Shown: in pieces, positions 8,221-17,954 of the stretch
Position numbering within the stretch: position 1 is the first letter of the stretch
Layout of the letters: each line of letters opens with the position of its first letter
DNA from: Verrucomicrobiia bacterium
Lineage (GTDB): Bacteria; Verrucomicrobiota; Verrucomicrobiia; Limisphaerales; UBA11358
Assembly: GCA_036489615.1 (NCBI GenBank)
Contig: DASXFM010000562.1
Location: 4,002 to 68,001, forward strand
Direction: 5' to 3'
DNA: 64,000 nucleotides
The notes under the pieces: model-generated
Databases searched by the model: none
What the model was told of the DNA's origin: nothing
What the model saw: only the letters and a program-made list of their open reading frames with translations
Program-made: the position numbers and the translations under genes

Positions 8221-11200
8221 TTAATGAAGTTCCGAGAGCGTTTGACGCGCGTCGACGGCTTCCTGGCCTGAAAGGTTCAAGCTTAACGCGTGTTGCAGCG
8301 ACGTTTTGGTTTCGATGTAGTTTTTTAGATGGTATTCACAAATGCCGAGGCAATAGAAGAGCCGGGCGTCAGAGCCTGCCGTATTGGAAATTGTATTAAA
8401 CAAGTTTGCGGCGCGGTCGTAATTACCCTGTTGAAATAGTACCATTGCCAGCGCCCGTGCCACCTGAGGATCGTCTGGAAACGCTTCGCGCGCCTTGATA
8501 GCGATGGGATAGGCCTTCACCGGGTCTACGAGATTTTGGGCATACAGGATGACCAGATTTTTACAGGCGGGGGCGCAATTGGGATGGCGCTCCAGCAAGC
8601 CTTCGTAGGCGCGTTCCGCGCCCACTGCATCGTTATTTTGGGAATCGACCAGGCCCTCCGCAAAGAGAGCAGCTGGATTGTTTGGGTCCGTACCCAGGGC
8701 ATTTTCAACGCGCGATTGATTCGCGGCTGCCGCATTCGGGTTTTCACACACGGTGATCATGTCCAGGAAATTTTTGGCCTGCGTGGACTGAAGGGAAGAG
8801 AGGCCTGCTTGCGAAGCGTTTTGCATGTCGGTCTGCGCTTCAGAAACTTTTCCCAGGCAGAAAGCGGCAGTCGCCAGATCAAAAAGGGTTTGGCCATTTG
8901 TTGGCTGGTCTTGTGACGCCTCATCAAGAAGGCTGAAGGCCAATTGATCGTTGCCCGTAACGGACGCCAGGTGCCCAAGTGTGGCGCAAACATTGGCGTC
9001 ATTTGGTCTGATCTGATAGGCGGTTTTAGCCAGGTCTAACGCCTTTTGAGGGTTTCCGGATTCATAAATCCGGGCGAGAATAATCATGGCTTTGACGTCT
9101 TTCGGATTTGCCTTCAGAGCTGTTTGGCAAAGTCCGATGACCTTGGCCCCATCGTTGGCACGTTGATAAATGGCGGCCAGCCGGGCGAATGCGACGGGAT
9201 CGTCCGGTTGTTCAGAAATTCTTTTTTCCAATTTTGAGCTTGCCGAGCTGTCAGCAGTGGCGGGGTCGATACTTAGAATGTCTAAATATTTCTGGCAATC
9301 GCTTCGATCAGGAAATGGCGCGTCCATCGTGGTCGCATTCTGAAGCTGCTGCTGCGCGGAATCCTCGTTATCGAGCATATACGAGGCGAGGCCAAGATGA
9401 TATTGCACCTCGGGATTGTTTGGCAATCCGGCGGCGCTTTGTTGAAACAAATTGAGCGCGGACGCGTAGTCGTTCCGCCTGAAGAGAATCCATCCAAGTG
9501 TATCGGCAGTGGACGGATCGTTTGGAAGCAGATGGTGGGCGCGTTGGGCGAGGGCGTAGGCCTTGTCCAGGTCGCCCAGGTGATCAGAGTAAAGGCACGC
9601 CAAATTATTGAGCACCGGACCGTATTGAGGACTGATGGCCAACACTTTTTCGTAGGTGGCTGCGGCGCCCGAAAAATCTTTTTGGTCGGTCTGGATCGAT
9701 GCCGCAAACATGAGGAGCGAGGGATCGTCCGGTTTCTTTGTGATGACTACATTGAGCATGTCGAGAGCGTCTTTGTCCTCCTTGAGGCTGAAATACAACT
9801 GTGCCAACAGTAAATTGGCCTCGAGACCGTCAGGAAGGGCGGCGGCCTTTGATAAGGCATCTTCCGCCTGATTGGTCTGGCCGCGGTCGAGAAAAATTTT
9901 CGCCAAAAGAATCTCCGGCTGGGCCTGCCGTGGGTTTTTTGAGACCAGGCTTTGCACGCGCTGCTGGGCCGCGTCATAATTTTTGTCCGTCAGGTCCAGT
10001 TGCGCCAGTTCCTCCTGGGCGCTAACGTTGGCGGGGTCCATTTGCAGGGCGCGGTTAAATTGCGAACGGGCCGCATCCTCGTTGAATTGCTGGATATAGG
10101 TCGAGCCGGCCAGGAGGGGGATATTGGGATTTGTCGGCGCGGATTTTTCAAGCTGTTGATAAACGGACTGTGCGTCGTTGAAATCATTTTGGAGCCGATA
10201 GACGTCGGCGAGGAGCAATCGTGGCTCGATGAGGTCTGGTTGGCTGGCGGTCAAGGGCTTTAGCAACCCGAGTGCGGACTCAACGTCGCCTTTCTTCACG
10301 TCAAGCTGTGCGAGCAGGAAAGCGGCCTGGGGAAAATTGGGCTGCAACTCTATGGTCTCATGCAATTGGTTCATAGCCTTGTCGTTTTTTCCGCCCATGA
10401 GGTATGCCAGGGCCAGTTCATAATGGATGCGGGGCGCCTGACGATAGGTTCCGACGAGATGTTCCAGTTCAGCAATCGCTTTGGTTGTATCCGAGCGCGC
10501 CATATCGAGCCTGGCATTGAGCACCTGCGCCTCAAGGTTTTCCGGGTCACCGGCGAGGACTTTTTTCAGCGCAAGATCGCAGTCGTCGAATTTCTTTTCG
10601 TCAAGCGCCACTTCAGCAAGGCCAAGCCAGGCGGGCATGTAACCGGGCGTTTTTTCGGCGAATCCTTTGAAAAATGTTTCGGCGGCGCCAAAATCGCCCA
10701 TCCCGATTTCGAATTGGCCGAATTCGGTTTGTAATGGAGAAGTGGTGTCTGCGCAATCGGAGGCGGCCTTGAACGCGTCGCCCGCCTTTTTCGGCTGGTT
10801 GAATTGCAAATAGGTGTTGCCCAGGGCGGCATAGGCTGCGGTGAAGCGCCGGTCGAGATTCAGGGCGCGCTGAAAATTCTCCAAAGCCGGCTTGAAATTG
10901 TTTTGCCGTGTGGCCACGACGCCCAAAGCGGTTTCGATGGCTGCGCTATCGCCATTTGCCGCGATCCCGCGCAGTTGTTTTTGCAGGTCTCCCAATTGCC
11001 CCAGGGGCATAGATTGGGCCAGCAGCACCGGGGCATCGTGGTCAGTGGGATCGTTTTTTAGCACAAAGTCCGCCTGCTCTGCGGCCTTCCTGGCGTCTCC
11101 GACGGCCAGGTAGATTTGGGCCAGTTTGACGCGCAGTTCCAGATTGCTTGAGGACAATTCGCTGCCTTTGAACAGGTAGGGCGCGGCCTTTTGGAAACGG

Positions 11201-11430
11201 CCCTCGTCAAAATAAATTATTCCGAGGCGTCCGATTGCCTTGGAATTTTGAGGGTCGCCATGGAGGGCGTTCATGTACTCGGCTTCGGCTTTATCAAACT
11301 GCCCGGAGTCGAAGAAGCGATCCGCCGCCTCAAGGTTGACATGCGTTTTTGCCCGCTCTGAGCATCCAGCGCCAATGAGCGCCATAAGGCAGGCAGCAGC
11401 GAGAATTGGAATGAGAGGATTCGTTTTCAT
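8221..11430 (-). CDS. prsT: PEP-CTERM system TPR-repeat lipoprotein (PrsT-like)
   Basis: 1069 aa. Lipoprotein signal MKTNPLIPILAAACLMALIGAGC followed by tandem TPR repeats throughout. Sits immediately downstream of the exosortase. Confidence 0.8.
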   Translation of the reverse strand: MKTNPLIPILAAACLMALIGAGCSERAKTHVNLEAADRFFDSGQFDKAEAEYMNALHGDPQNSKAIGRLGIIYFDEGRFQKAAPYLFKGSELSSSNLELRVKLAQIYLAVGDARKAAEQADFVLKNDPTDHDAPVLLAQSMPLGQLGDLQKQLRGIAANGDSAAIETALGVVATRQNNFKPALENFQRALNLDRRFTAAYAALGNTYLQFNQPKKAGDAFKAASDCADTTSPLQTEFGQFEIGMGDFGAAETFFKGFAEKTPGYMPAWLGLAEVALDEKKFDDCDLALKKVLAGDPENLEAQVLNARLDMARSDTTKAIAELEHLVGTYRQAPRIHYELALAYLMGGKNDKAMNQLHETIELQPNFPQAAFLLAQLDVKKGDVESALGLLKPLTASQPDLIEPRLLLADVYRLQNDFNDAQSVYQQLEKSAPTNPNIPLLAGSTYIQQFNEDAARSQFNRALQMDPANVSAQEELAQLDLTDKNYDAAQQRVQSLVSKNPRQAQPEILLAKIFLDRGQTNQAEDALSKAAALPDGLEANLLLAQLYFSLKEDKDALDMLNVVITKKPDDPSLLMFAASIQTDQKDFSGAAATYEKVLAISPQYGPVLNNLACLYSDHLGDLDKAYALAQRAHHLLPNDPSTADTLGWILFRRNDYASALNLFQQSAAGLPNNPEVQYHLGLASYMLDNEDSAQQQLQNATTMDAPFPDRSDCQKYLDILSIDPATADSSASSKLEKRISEQPDDPVAFARLAAIYQRANDGAKVIGLCQTALKANPKDVKAMIILARIYESGNPQKALDLAKTAYQIRPNDANVCATLGHLASVTGNDQLAFSLLDEASQDQPTNGQTLFDLATAAFCLGKVSEAQTDMQNASQAGLSSLQSTQAKNFLDMITVCENPNAAAANQSRVENALGTDPNNPAALFAEGLVDSQNNDAVGAERAYEGLLERHPNCAPACKNLVILYAQNLVDPVKAYPIAIKAREAFPDDPQVARALAMVLFQQGNYDRAANLFNTISNTAGSDARLFYCLGICEYHLKNYIETKTSLQHALSLNLSGQEAVDARQTLSELH

Positions 11431-11451
11431 AACAAAGATTTGGTTGATGGT

Positions 11452-12381
11452 TTACGGTTTTCCTTCTGTCTTTCTCAGGAAAATCAGGAGAAGAAAGAAG
11501 GGGATCAGTGACAAAACGAAGAAAAGGGGTCCTCCATGGTGATGAATCGGTGAGTTGATCATTTGCGGACCATACGCCATGCACAGGCGGCCAATGACAA
11601 AAATCCGGAAACCGTTCCGGATGAGCGCCAATGGAACGACGGCCAATACGAGCAGCGCGCGCTTCCAGGGCGAACGCAGAAATAGCCAACTGCCTACGAT
11701 GCTGACAATGGCCAGGACCACTGTGGAGTGTATTCCGCTGCATTCGGGCGCCACTCGTAAAACAATATTCGACAAATGAAAATACAGTCCGTCACGCACG
11801 ACGGCATCGCCGGCGATGCTAAAAAACAATCCTGCAAAGACGGCCGATCCGTGCTGCAACAACGTATCGATGCAATGGAGCAGGGCGGTCGGGAATGGAA
11901 TAGCAAAGACTAAGAGCGCCATGGGACACGCAAATGCGCGCATGAAGGCGCCACCTGGAAAAATGCAGCAAAGAGAGGCCAAAAATAGCAATAACGCGGA
12001 TATATTCCAGGCAAGGTAATCTTCGACGGGCATGACGGCGTCGCGCGTGAACAGCCAGAAGGCAGCCAGGATTAACAGGCCCGCGGAAAAGAACAGCGCG
12101 GCGGACTTGAAGGCCGGTTCAAAAGAGGCCGGCATTCTTTCGCGCCGTAACCAGACAAGATACAAGCTCAAGAAGGGAACCATTGGGAGGTCTGAATAGA
12201 GGTCATTGGTAACCGCCAGTCGGAGCAGGCGATAAAGCGGCGCGCTAAAAAGGAGCGCGAGCAATGCGATCCCGAGAAGAAATAACGCAAGCCTCGATTT
12301 ATTCGCTTTGCCGGAGGACTCCGGCGATTTCAAGGCGAAGCGATTCTTTTCCGATGCTAATTTTAGTTCATTAACAGGCAT
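11452..12381 (-). CDS. exosortase (EpsH/XrtA-like transpeptidase)
   Basis: 309 aa, polytopic. Family signature residues are present in order: Cys in APECSGIHS, Arg in LIRNGFRIF, His in PIHHHGGP. Confidence 0.9.
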   Translation of the reverse strand: MPVNELKLASEKNRFALKSPESSGKANKSRLALFLLGIALLALLFSAPLYRLLRLAVTNDLYSDLPMVPFLSLYLVWLRRERMPASFEPAFKSAALFFSAGLLILAAFWLFTRDAVMPVEDYLAWNISALLLFLASLCCIFPGGAFMRAFACPMALLVFAIPFPTALLHCIDTLLQHGSAVFAGLFFSIAGDAVVRDGLYFHLSNIVLRVAPECSGIHSTVVLAIVSIVGSWLFLRSPWKRALLVLAVVPLALIRNGFRIFVIGRLCMAYGPQMINSPIHHHGGPLFFVLSLIPFFLLLIFLRKTEGKP

Positions 12382-12386
12382 AAATT

Positions 12387-13718
12387 TCAGAAGCTGTAAC
12401 TGACCTCGCCGCCGAATTGGTTGCTGGCAAAGCTATAGCCCGGGGCGCTGGACTGGTCGCTGTTATAGCTGTAAAAGGCCGAAATATTGCCGCGACCAAG
12501 AAAGGAATGGGACAGACGGAAAGAGAGTGTGTAAAATTTGTCGGAACGTCCTTGATTAATCTTCTCAAGTTCAATGTCGTTGGTATTGACGAGGACGAAC
12601 AAATAGGAAGTGGGGGCGACATACTTCACATCGCTGTAGCCGCCATCCACGCTGAAATAAAATTGTCCCAGAAAACGCTGACTGATGGACGCATCCATAG
12701 TCGTGCCTTCGGCATATTCGTTCACCAGGACGGAGGGCGAAACGTAACGGCTGGCCGAAAGAGCGAGCTGAGTTTGGGAGAAAGGCTTGAATTGAAGGGT
12801 CCCGCTGTAAATCGGGCTGAACAGGTCGCTGTATCCCTGCCCTCCAAGAAATTCGGTTTCACTGACGCCGCCGGAAATTTGGAGGCTCAGAACGTCATTC
12901 AGGCGCCAATTTAGCCGGGCCTGTAATTGCTCCCAGACCGAGTCGGAACCAAAAGTCGCATTATTATATCCCAACCCCGGACCGATCCCGAGGCTGAAAT
13001 GGGACTGAGGCTGGTAGTTTAACCAGTCGACCGTCGACCAGGAACGCATGTCTTCGAAACCGCCGCCTGGAAAGATCTGAATGTTTTGGTTTAGAGAGAG
13101 ATCCTCGGAAATATATTTGCTGTCTTCATGATGCCCTGTGACAGACGTATCGAAATACTGTTGGGCCGTTTGCCCGCCAAATTCGATCATGGGGGATTGA
13201 GTCAAAAGAACTGTTTGTAAGAATCCAAAGATCCAATCTCCATAAACCGTTTGGCCGGTCAACGTGAGGGAATGGTCCACCTCGGTCCCGAAATTGGTGT
13301 TGGAATACAGACCAATCGTGAGCGTGTAGTCCAAAGCCCAGTGCGGGCCAATATTAAACAAGAATCCCGGCGAGATCCGTTGGATGGCGGAGTCGACTTT
13401 ATTACTTGGCGCGGCGAGGATGTTATAAGCTTTCGTATATTGATAATCCGCGTGCGGCCGAAGAATGAATTGATCCCATTTAAACGGCTCGTACGGCTGA
13501 GATGCCGGTGCGGGCGGGTATTTGTCGAAAACCTCAAAATTGTTGGTCAAAGCCAGTTGTGAAGTGGACTCGACCGGGGGGGCAACCTGCTGGATGGTTG
13601 CCGGCTGGGTGGTCATCTGTTGGGCCCTGGCTGTGGCGCCCAAAACAAACAAACCAACGAGCGGCGGCAGGTAATACCTTTTTGAGGTGGGGAAAGCCGT
13701 CGTTATTTTTAATTTCAT
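12387..13718 (-). CDS. outer-membrane beta-barrel protein associated with the exosortase locus (EpsL-like)
   Basis: 443 aa. Signal peptide ending ATARAQQ, alternating amphipathic beta-strand pattern and a C-terminal aromatic residue (...EVSYSF), typical of OMPs. Confidence 0.7.
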   Translation of the reverse strand: MKLKITTAFPTSKRYYLPPLVGLFVLGATARAQQMTTQPATIQQVAPPVESTSQLALTNNFEVFDKYPPAPASQPYEPFKWDQFILRPHADYQYTKAYNILAAPSNKVDSAIQRISPGFLFNIGPHWALDYTLTIGLYSNTNFGTEVDHSLTLTGQTVYGDWIFGFLQTVLLTQSPMIEFGGQTAQQYFDTSVTGHHEDSKYISEDLSLNQNIQIFPGGGFEDMRSWSTVDWLNYQPQSHFSLGIGPGLGYNNATFGSDSVWEQLQARLNWRLNDVLSLQISGGVSETEFLGGQGYSDLFSPIYSGTLQFKPFSQTQLALSASRYVSPSVLVNEYAEGTTMDASISQRFLGQFYFSVDGGYSDVKYVAPTSYLFVLVNTNDIELEKINQGRSDKFYTLSFRLSHSFLGRGNISAFYSYNSDQSSAPGYSFASNQFGGEVSYSF

Positions 13719-13720
13719 CT

Positions 13721-14692
13721 TTATGCGGCTGCTCGATTCAATTCATCGTGAAAACTTTGTCCGTGCCAGTTTCTCAGCGCGTCCTCGATCGCGTCCGCGA
13801 GGGGGCGCATGGATACTCCTGTGGCGAGCAGTTTGGACACATCCAGAATGCCGTTGGCGCGTGGGACGCGGTTTCCCTGCCTGTAAAACTCGGCATCATT
13901 TTCCCAAAAGTCGAAATAGCGCGGCGGGTTGAGAATTTTTTGGATCATTTCAACAATCTGACGCGTTGTCACAATACCCGGGTTGGCGACATTATAGGTT
14001 CCGAAGGGAGTCTTTCGTTCCCAAAGGTCAAGGCAGGCGCGGGCGAAATCGTCGGTGTGGGAGCCGGGATGGACGCCGTCATAAATCTTTTCTCCAGTCT
14101 GCAATTGTCGCAAAAGATTTTCAGGTTCATCGCGTTCGTTAAATGGCAACCCCATGCGCCAGATAAAATTGCGTCCAATGCCTCTGATTGCTTCTTCGGC
14201 CAGGGCTGCTGTGCCACTGAAGAAACTGCATGGGGCGGCGCGGAACGAGAAATTCGGTTCGTCGGATTCGGTAAAGCCCCTTAATTTCTGGGGGCATTCC
14301 GCCGTCATTTTCAATAATTCGCCTCGAGCGAGCCTTTTTTCCACCACCACGCCCGTCGCGATGACAATTTTTGCGCCGGAAAAAATGCCGCAGGAGGAAA
14401 TGTGACCCCATGGCGTATTGGTCAACAGACAAACCTGCGAAATAAACCGGGGCAGGATTGTGTTGGTACGGAGCATTTCTTCGCGCGCAGGCTCGCAAAT
14501 CTCCACGTTAGCGCCGGAGTAACTGGCAGCGTTAATTAGAAAGTCCGGTTTCGACTTCCGGATGCAGTCGAACAACGAGTGAAAATCAGAATAGTCCTTG
14601 TCCCGGGGCAGGAGATAATCGTGCCCTCGTCGGCGCAATTCGGCGCAAAATACCCTGCCAACGTAGGTTTCTGCACCCAGGACTAAAACCAT
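13721..14692 (-). CDS. RmlD/extended-SDR-like protein with degenerate cofactor and catalytic motifs
   Basis: 323 aa, colinear with dTDP-4-dehydrorhamnose reductase. The glycine motif is GAETYVG rather than GxxGxxG, and the YxxxK position reads FSGTA. Confidence 0.75.
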   Translation of the reverse strand: MVLVLGAETYVGRVFCAELRRRGHDYLLPRDKDYSDFHSLFDCIRKSKPDFLINAASYSGANVEICEPAREEMLRTNTILPRFISQVCLLTNTPWGHISSCGIFSGAKIVIATGVVVEKRLARGELLKMTAECPQKLRGFTESDEPNFSFRAAPCSFFSGTAALAEEAIRGIGRNFIWRMGLPFNERDEPENLLRQLQTGEKIYDGVHPGSHTDDFARACLDLWERKTPFGTYNVANPGIVTTRQIVEMIQKILNPPRYFDFWENDAEFYRQGNRVPRANGILDVSKLLATGVSMRPLADAIEDALRNWHGQSFHDELNRAAA

Positions 14693-14758
14693 AACTCGTC
14701 AAATTGAATTTGTTCATCCGGTCTTTGGAAAAGCGGGGGAAAAAGCCGGAAATTAAGT

Positions 14759-15757
14759 TTAGACCGGCCACTTCTTTCTGGCGCGGGCGGCCACCAGGCC
14801 CGGACAAAGCAAGATGCCTGCGCATCGCGCAAAATCTCGGAGGCTGGAGGCGAAGAGAATTCCCTCACGCGCGAGGGCCCTGGCCACAGGCCGGTGTCCG
14901 GCGGCACAGGCTATTTCCGCGCGGCGTGATATAAAGTAACCGAACCGCTTCCGCATGACCGACAGTTTTTCAGGCGAAGTTTCCGCCAACCGCCAATACA
15001 TGTGCGCCAAAAGCCGCAAATAGGATTGGTTTCGCCGTGCCTGGGAGGCCAGTTTCAGCGAGAAGGTCAGGCTATTTTCTGAGTTTTCGAAAATCGTGAC
15101 GAGCGGGCTGTCCACGTACAGAAACCCGGTCAAAAAGGACAGGCGGAAGATCAATTCCGCGTCTTCGGCCGCAGGAAAGGATTCGTCGAATAGACCAATC
15201 TTCTCCAGAAGCGTTTTGTCTGCGACCATTGTTTGAATCAAGGGATGCCGGGGGGCGAGGCAAACAGAATCCACGGCATTTTCCACATAAAGAAGTTCCG
15301 ATTCGCGAGCGACCGGCGAAATCGAATCGACGTCTCGCAATAGTTTCCCCTGATTGTTGATGGAGCGGGTGAAGCAAACTTTGGAATTATATTTTTCCAA
15401 TGCGGTGATTTGGCGTCCGAGTTTATCCGGGTACCATCGGTCGTCGGAGTCCAGAAAGGCTATCCATTTTCCGCGGGCGGCGCGGACGCCCGTGTTGCGG
15501 GCTGAACTGGCGCCGCGATTGTCCTGGCGAATGAGATGAATTCTTTGACCGAATTTTTCCAGCACGTCTCCGGTGCCGTCGGAAGAGCCGTCGTCCACCG
15601 CAATGACTTCAACATCTTTGAATGTTTGCGCGAAAACGCTTTCCACGGCAGCGGCGACACAATGCGCGCGATTGTACGCCGGGATAACCACCGATACTGC
15701 CGGAAAGACCGAATCTGTCATGTTAGCGGGTAAAGCTGAATTATCTATTTTGTTCAT
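14759..15757 (-). CDS. family 2 glycosyltransferase
   Basis: VSVVIPAYNRAHCV...VIAVDDGSSDGT, plus the DSDD motif (FLDSDDRW). The start is chosen at the ATG that forms an ATGA overlap with the upstream GT4 stop (15754-15757). Confidence 0.85.
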   Translation of the reverse strand: MNKIDNSALPANMTDSVFPAVSVVIPAYNRAHCVAAAVESVFAQTFKDVEVIAVDDGSSDGTGDVLEKFGQRIHLIRQDNRGASSARNTGVRAARGKWIAFLDSDDRWYPDKLGRQITALEKYNSKVCFTRSINNQGKLLRDVDSISPVARESELLYVENAVDSVCLAPRHPLIQTMVADKTLLEKIGLFDESFPAAEDAELIFRLSFLTGFLYVDSPLVTIFENSENSLTFSLKLASQARRNQSYLRLLAHMYWRLAETSPEKLSVMRKRFGYFISRRAEIACAAGHRPVARALAREGILFASSLRDFARCAGILLCPGLVAARARKKWPV

Positions 15758-16986
15758 GTCGAAATTGTTTTGGGAATAAACTTCCACGTTGAGACCGGGT
15801 CCGATTCATTCGGTTGCGCCGGCCTCCCGCAAACGGTTGCGATGATCTCGGCAATACGGCCGGTTTGCGATTCCCAGGTCCAGGCCTTTGAAAAATGAGC
15901 CCAGGCGTTTTCCGCCAGGCTCGGGCCTTCTGCCTGAATTTCCAGAATGCGCAGGCAGCTTTTGGCAAAATCCTCCGGTTTGTCCGCGATTAATAATTCG
16001 CGTTCATTTTGAACATCGTGACCATAGCAACCGACGGAGGTGGAAACGACCGGACATTTGCGGCTGAAAGCTTCAAGAATTTTGATTCGTGTACCGCCGC
16101 CGGCCAGCACCGGAACGATAGCCAAAGACCAATTGGCCATTTCCGCTTCCATATTTTGAACCCAGCCCAAGGTTTCTACATTTGGGCCTTTGAAAAGATG
16201 GTCGCCGCGTTCGCCGGCGAGCCGCAATGTGGCCCGTGGAAGCCGTGCCAGGATAAATGGCCAAACCTTTTCAATAAACCACTTTACTCCTTCGCAATTT
16301 GCCCAGTAAACGAACGTCCCCACAAACCCGATTTGCGGGGGTGTGGCCGGGTTTCTGGCAGGAGCCGTTGCCGGAAGTTCGAAGCCGTTCGGAAGGACGA
16401 AAACCTTCTCACGGCCAAGCTTTTCCCGGTCCAATTCGCTGCAGACACAAACGGCATCGAAGCGCCGGCGAAGTCGCTTCTCGCTTCGCCGCCACAGGAG
16501 CATTTGCTGCCAGTTAAAATATTTTTTGAAGAAGGAATTGGCCCGCGATAATCGCAGCTGATAAACACTGCTGGGGATATCGTCCACATCCAGGACGCTG
16601 GACGGCCATCTCCAAATGCCGAAAGCATTGGCAGTTTCCAGACCGTGGACCCAAACCAGATCGTGTTCGGCCATGATGCTTTGCAGTTTTTCGCTGTCAC
16701 CGGGGGTTGCCCGGTAGTTTTCCATGCCCGTAAAATCGGGATTTAGACTGGCCCGAACACGGCCGGGGAAAGAATACCAGTTCGGCCAAAACTTTATTTT
16801 ATGGATCAATTCCATGCCCGCCTGGGAAGATTTCGCGTTTTGAAGCACTTCTGCGTAACGACTTCCCAGAACAACCCGGACGTCGCCGTGCCGGGACAGC
16901 ATTTGGGCGATGTTACGGACGCGCAGGACCGAGCCGTAGTCCCGGGCGTTCAGGTCGTGTGCCGTGAAGAGAAGGATTTTTTTCAT
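15754..16986 (-). CDS. family 4 (GT-B) glycosyltransferase
   Basis: 410 aa. C-terminal GT1/GT4 signature region (VPVLAGGGTRIKILEAFSRKCPVVST). ATGA overlap with the upstream GT2 stop (16983-16986). Confidence 0.85.
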   Translation of the reverse strand: MKKILLFTAHDLNARDYGSVLRVRNIAQMLSRHGDVRVVLGSRYAEVLQNAKSSQAGMELIHKIKFWPNWYSFPGRVRASLNPDFTGMENYRATPGDSEKLQSIMAEHDLVWVHGLETANAFGIWRWPSSVLDVDDIPSSVYQLRLSRANSFFKKYFNWQQMLLWRRSEKRLRRRFDAVCVCSELDREKLGREKVFVLPNGFELPATAPARNPATPPQIGFVGTFVYWANCEGVKWFIEKVWPFILARLPRATLRLAGERGDHLFKGPNVETLGWVQNMEAEMANWSLAIVPVLAGGGTRIKILEAFSRKCPVVSTSVGCYGHDVQNERELLIADKPEDFAKSCLRILEIQAEGPSLAENAWAHFSKAWTWESQTGRIAEIIATVCGRPAQPNESDPVSTWKFIPKTIST

Positions 16987-17951
16987 CGGCTGAAGACTTT
17001 TTCGCGCGTCAGCGTCCAGTTAAATTTCATGGTTTTCAAAAATCCGTACCCTCGCGGACGGCGCCACACCGATGCGGCCAGTTCATCCACGTCCAGGCTG
17101 GACTTAAAACTCATTAGTTGCCGCCGGTAAATCATTTGCATGAAAAACCAGTCTTCGAGCAGCGCTGCCAATTCGCCATTCGTCAACGGCCCGTCAGTGG
17201 GAGAATTGTTGTTAAGAAAGTCCGCGGCCCATTCGACGAATTTGCGGCAGGCCTGCAATTTTTGAATTGCCATTGCCAGCGAATTGTCTGTGGAAATGTT
17301 TTTTCCACTGAGCCTCCATTTCAGGAGGGGTCCCGGCATGACGCGAATCGTTTTACGTGAACCGAGGGTGGCGATAAAAGCATCATCGGAAGCCCATCCG
17401 AGCGGAAAATCGGGGAATCCGCCGGCAGCTCCCCATTCAGAGCGTGAGAAGATCAATTCCTGCGCCGTGCTGGTCCGGCCACCACGGAGGCGGGAGACGA
17501 GAAAATCCGGTCCGGTTTCATTCTGAGGATGCCGGGCGTTTTCAGAAATCAGCCGGCCCTGGCCGTTGATTGAGCAGGTGTTGAAGCGATACAATGCATG
17601 ACGGCCCGAGGTGACGGCGAGTTCACGATAAAACGCTTCAACACAGCCTTCTTCCATGAGATCGTCATCCGAGAAAAGCCAGACCCATGGCTCATGGCTC
17701 ATGGCGATGGAGCGCCGCCAATGTTCCGAAAGAGAAATTCCGCCGAGATTTTTTGGAAAGCGGTGATAATGGACCGGAAGTTTGTCCGAGAATTCACGGA
17801 CAATGTCCCGGATATTCTCGGGGCTGGCGTCGTCGCCGATGTAAACCTGAAAATTCCGGCAGGTTTGGGCGGCGATGGATTCCAGGACTTCCCGCAAAAA
17901 TGCCGACTTGTACGCGGGAATGACAATCGCCAATGGATGATGATTCGACAT
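16983..17951 (-). CDS. family 2 glycosyltransferase
   Basis: LAIVIPAYKSAFL...QVYIGDDASPE...LFSDDD motifs. Confidence 0.85.
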   Translation of the reverse strand: MSNHHPLAIVIPAYKSAFLREVLESIAAQTCRNFQVYIGDDASPENIRDIVREFSDKLPVHYHRFPKNLGGISLSEHWRRSIAMSHEPWVWLFSDDDLMEEGCVEAFYRELAVTSGRHALYRFNTCSINGQGRLISENARHPQNETGPDFLVSRLRGGRTSTAQELIFSRSEWGAAGGFPDFPLGWASDDAFIATLGSRKTIRVMPGPLLKWRLSGKNISTDNSLAMAIQKLQACRKFVEWAADFLNNNSPTDGPLTNGELAALLEDWFFMQMIYRRQLMSFKSSLDVDELAASVWRRPRGYGFLKTMKFNWTLTREKVFSR

Positions 17952-17954
17952 AGC

